Program-made: the position numbers and the translations under genes | Shown here: positions 62,520 through 64,000 of the stretch, piece after piece | Layout of the letters: the number at the start of each line of letters is the position of its first letter | How positions within the stretch are numbered: position 1 is the stretch's first letter | The notes under the pieces: model-generated | Seen by the model: the letters and a program-made list of their open reading frames with translations, nothing else | Database searches by the model: none | What the model was told of the DNA's origin: nothing | Assembly: GCA_010909165.1 (NCBI GenBank) | Contig: MU008185.1 | Span: forward strand, 744,001-808,000 | DNA from: Anthoceros angustus | Lineage: Eukaryota; Plantae; Anthocerotophyta | Reading direction: 5' to 3' | Length of the DNA stretch: 64,000 nucleotides

Positions 62520-63890
62520 TCATAAGAATACACTATAATATGCAAGAAATATGCCAAAGCATATTACTTGAGCTTATCAACTTAGCTATTGCTAACCATG
62601 TTTAATTAATAGTAATCAATGCTTAATTAACATAAGCACCTTAGATTAATTAACACTAATTACTTGCTTACAGATAAGTAATTAGATTAATTAATGCTAA
62701 TCAAACACTAAACCCAAGTGCAAAGATTAGTATCACACGGCATGACAATTGCACTATGGATACATGGGTTGCATCAATAGCTATGTAGTTGGGGAACGCT
62801 TCATGTTTAAGAAACCTTTTCTTTAATAATGGATTCTTGTTGTACCAAATTATGCCTTGATGATTTCTAGCACACTTCAATACTGTGAAGATAAGATTGC
62901 GAGTGAACTTAAATTCAGTTGGAGTCCTAATTCCAAATTGCCCTCCTAAGCTCCTAAAAGCACATGCTCAAGTAGGAGCTCATATTGCATTGTACTAAGT
63001 AAAATATACTTGTATCTTGCCACCGTGGAGTTGATTTTGGATTGAACTAGGTTTCTTGACTTGTTTTATATCAAGTTTGTAATGTCGAACGAATGGGCGG
63101 GGTAGAGAAGGTTTGTATTGCTTTTTCATTTACGGTTGTGCCATTGGCGATACGCAAGCTATCAGGATTGCACCTGCACAGCTCATAGGTACAACCCTAT
63201 TTTTTGGTACACAAATTACAAAAAATCTGCACTCCCTTGTCACACTCGAAAGGAAATATGGTCAACGTCATCCCACATCTCGTCATAATGCATCGCAGGT
63301 CCGAAGAGATCTGTCCTTTCCCTTATTTCTTTAGGCATCCTACCCCTTGGGTCCGCATGGGGTTTTCAATAGGCCTCGCATCAAGGATTGCACGCTCTTG
63401 TGCAATAGTTTTTCCATTTCTCATTCCATGAGTTCTCAAGTGCCATTCGGACCTAACATAAGAGCCGGGTTCGATTCACTAATTGACAACAAATTTTGCT
63501 TGACCCAATCCAAAATAGGAGTGTTTTTTGCAGAAACCTAGACCGATGGAAAACAGCCATAAGGCTATTGTCTTATAGCCCTTTAGTATCATCCCAATAT
63601 GATCTACGTTGTTGGGTCACAATAGGGACTTGCTTTTTACACTTTAGATATTTACATTTGTCATGCGGTGTGACACTAATCTATGCTAAGCGCTCGGGTT
63701 TAGTGTTTGATTAGTGATAATTAATTTAATTACTTATTTTAATTAAGTAATTAATATGAATTATTCTAAGGCTCTAAAGTTAATTAAGCCAACGTTAATG
63801 TTAATTAAATATTGTTAGCGGTAGCTAAGTGGATAAGCACAATTAATATGTTTTAGGATATTCCTTGCATATTATAATATATTCTTAGAT
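62520..63890. repeat. Long imperfect inverted repeat (~230 bp arms at ~62520-62750 and ~63655-63890); foldback- or MULE-like
   Basis: CTAATCAAACACTAAACCC (~62697) pairs with GGGTTTAGTGTTTGATTAG (~63696). TATGCAAGAAATAT...GCTTATCAACTTAGCTA pairs with TAGCTAAGTGGATAAGC...ATATTCCTTGCATA. Confidence 0.75.
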
Positions 63891-64000
63891 ATTTAGATAT
63901 TTACACTTTAGATATTTACATTTGTCATGCGGTGTGACACTAATCTATGCTAAGCGCTCGGGTTTAGTGTTTGATTAGTGATAATTAATTTAATTACTTA

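Overview
Eukaryotic nuclear DNA from a land plant. The compact genes with many ~80-100 bp GT-AG introns suggest a non-seed plant such as a hornwort or other bryophyte (inference). The first ~16 kb is a nested retrotransposon block. A tandem array of a non-autonomous LTR element (minus strand; ~1.5 kb LTRs with TGTGG...CCACA ends and a 27-28 bp minisatellite, ~390 bp non-coding interior with a tRNA-Asp-type PBS and a PPT) sits inside a decayed Ty1/copia element with a TGTCT target-site duplication, followed by a Ty3/gypsy gag relic. From ~17 to 61 kb the window is gene-dense: an LCM-family SAM methyltransferase, KAB1, a Raf1-like gene encoding only the alpha domain, CCT4, a duplicated LEA_2/NHL gene, a CRE-like non-LTR relic, TWD40-2, a DTX54/BIGE1-like MATE, an ATL-type RING-H2 membrane protein with a large two-EGF ectodomain, a DUF819 membrane protein and PLP3/TXNDC9. 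It ends in an AT-rich foldback-like repeat. The most notable items are the shared-LTR tandem element, the Raf1alpha-only paralog and the receptor-like EGF-ATL E3 ligase. Parts of 1-12 kb and 30-33 kb may be distorted by assembly errors. All family assignments come from motif recognition, not database searches.
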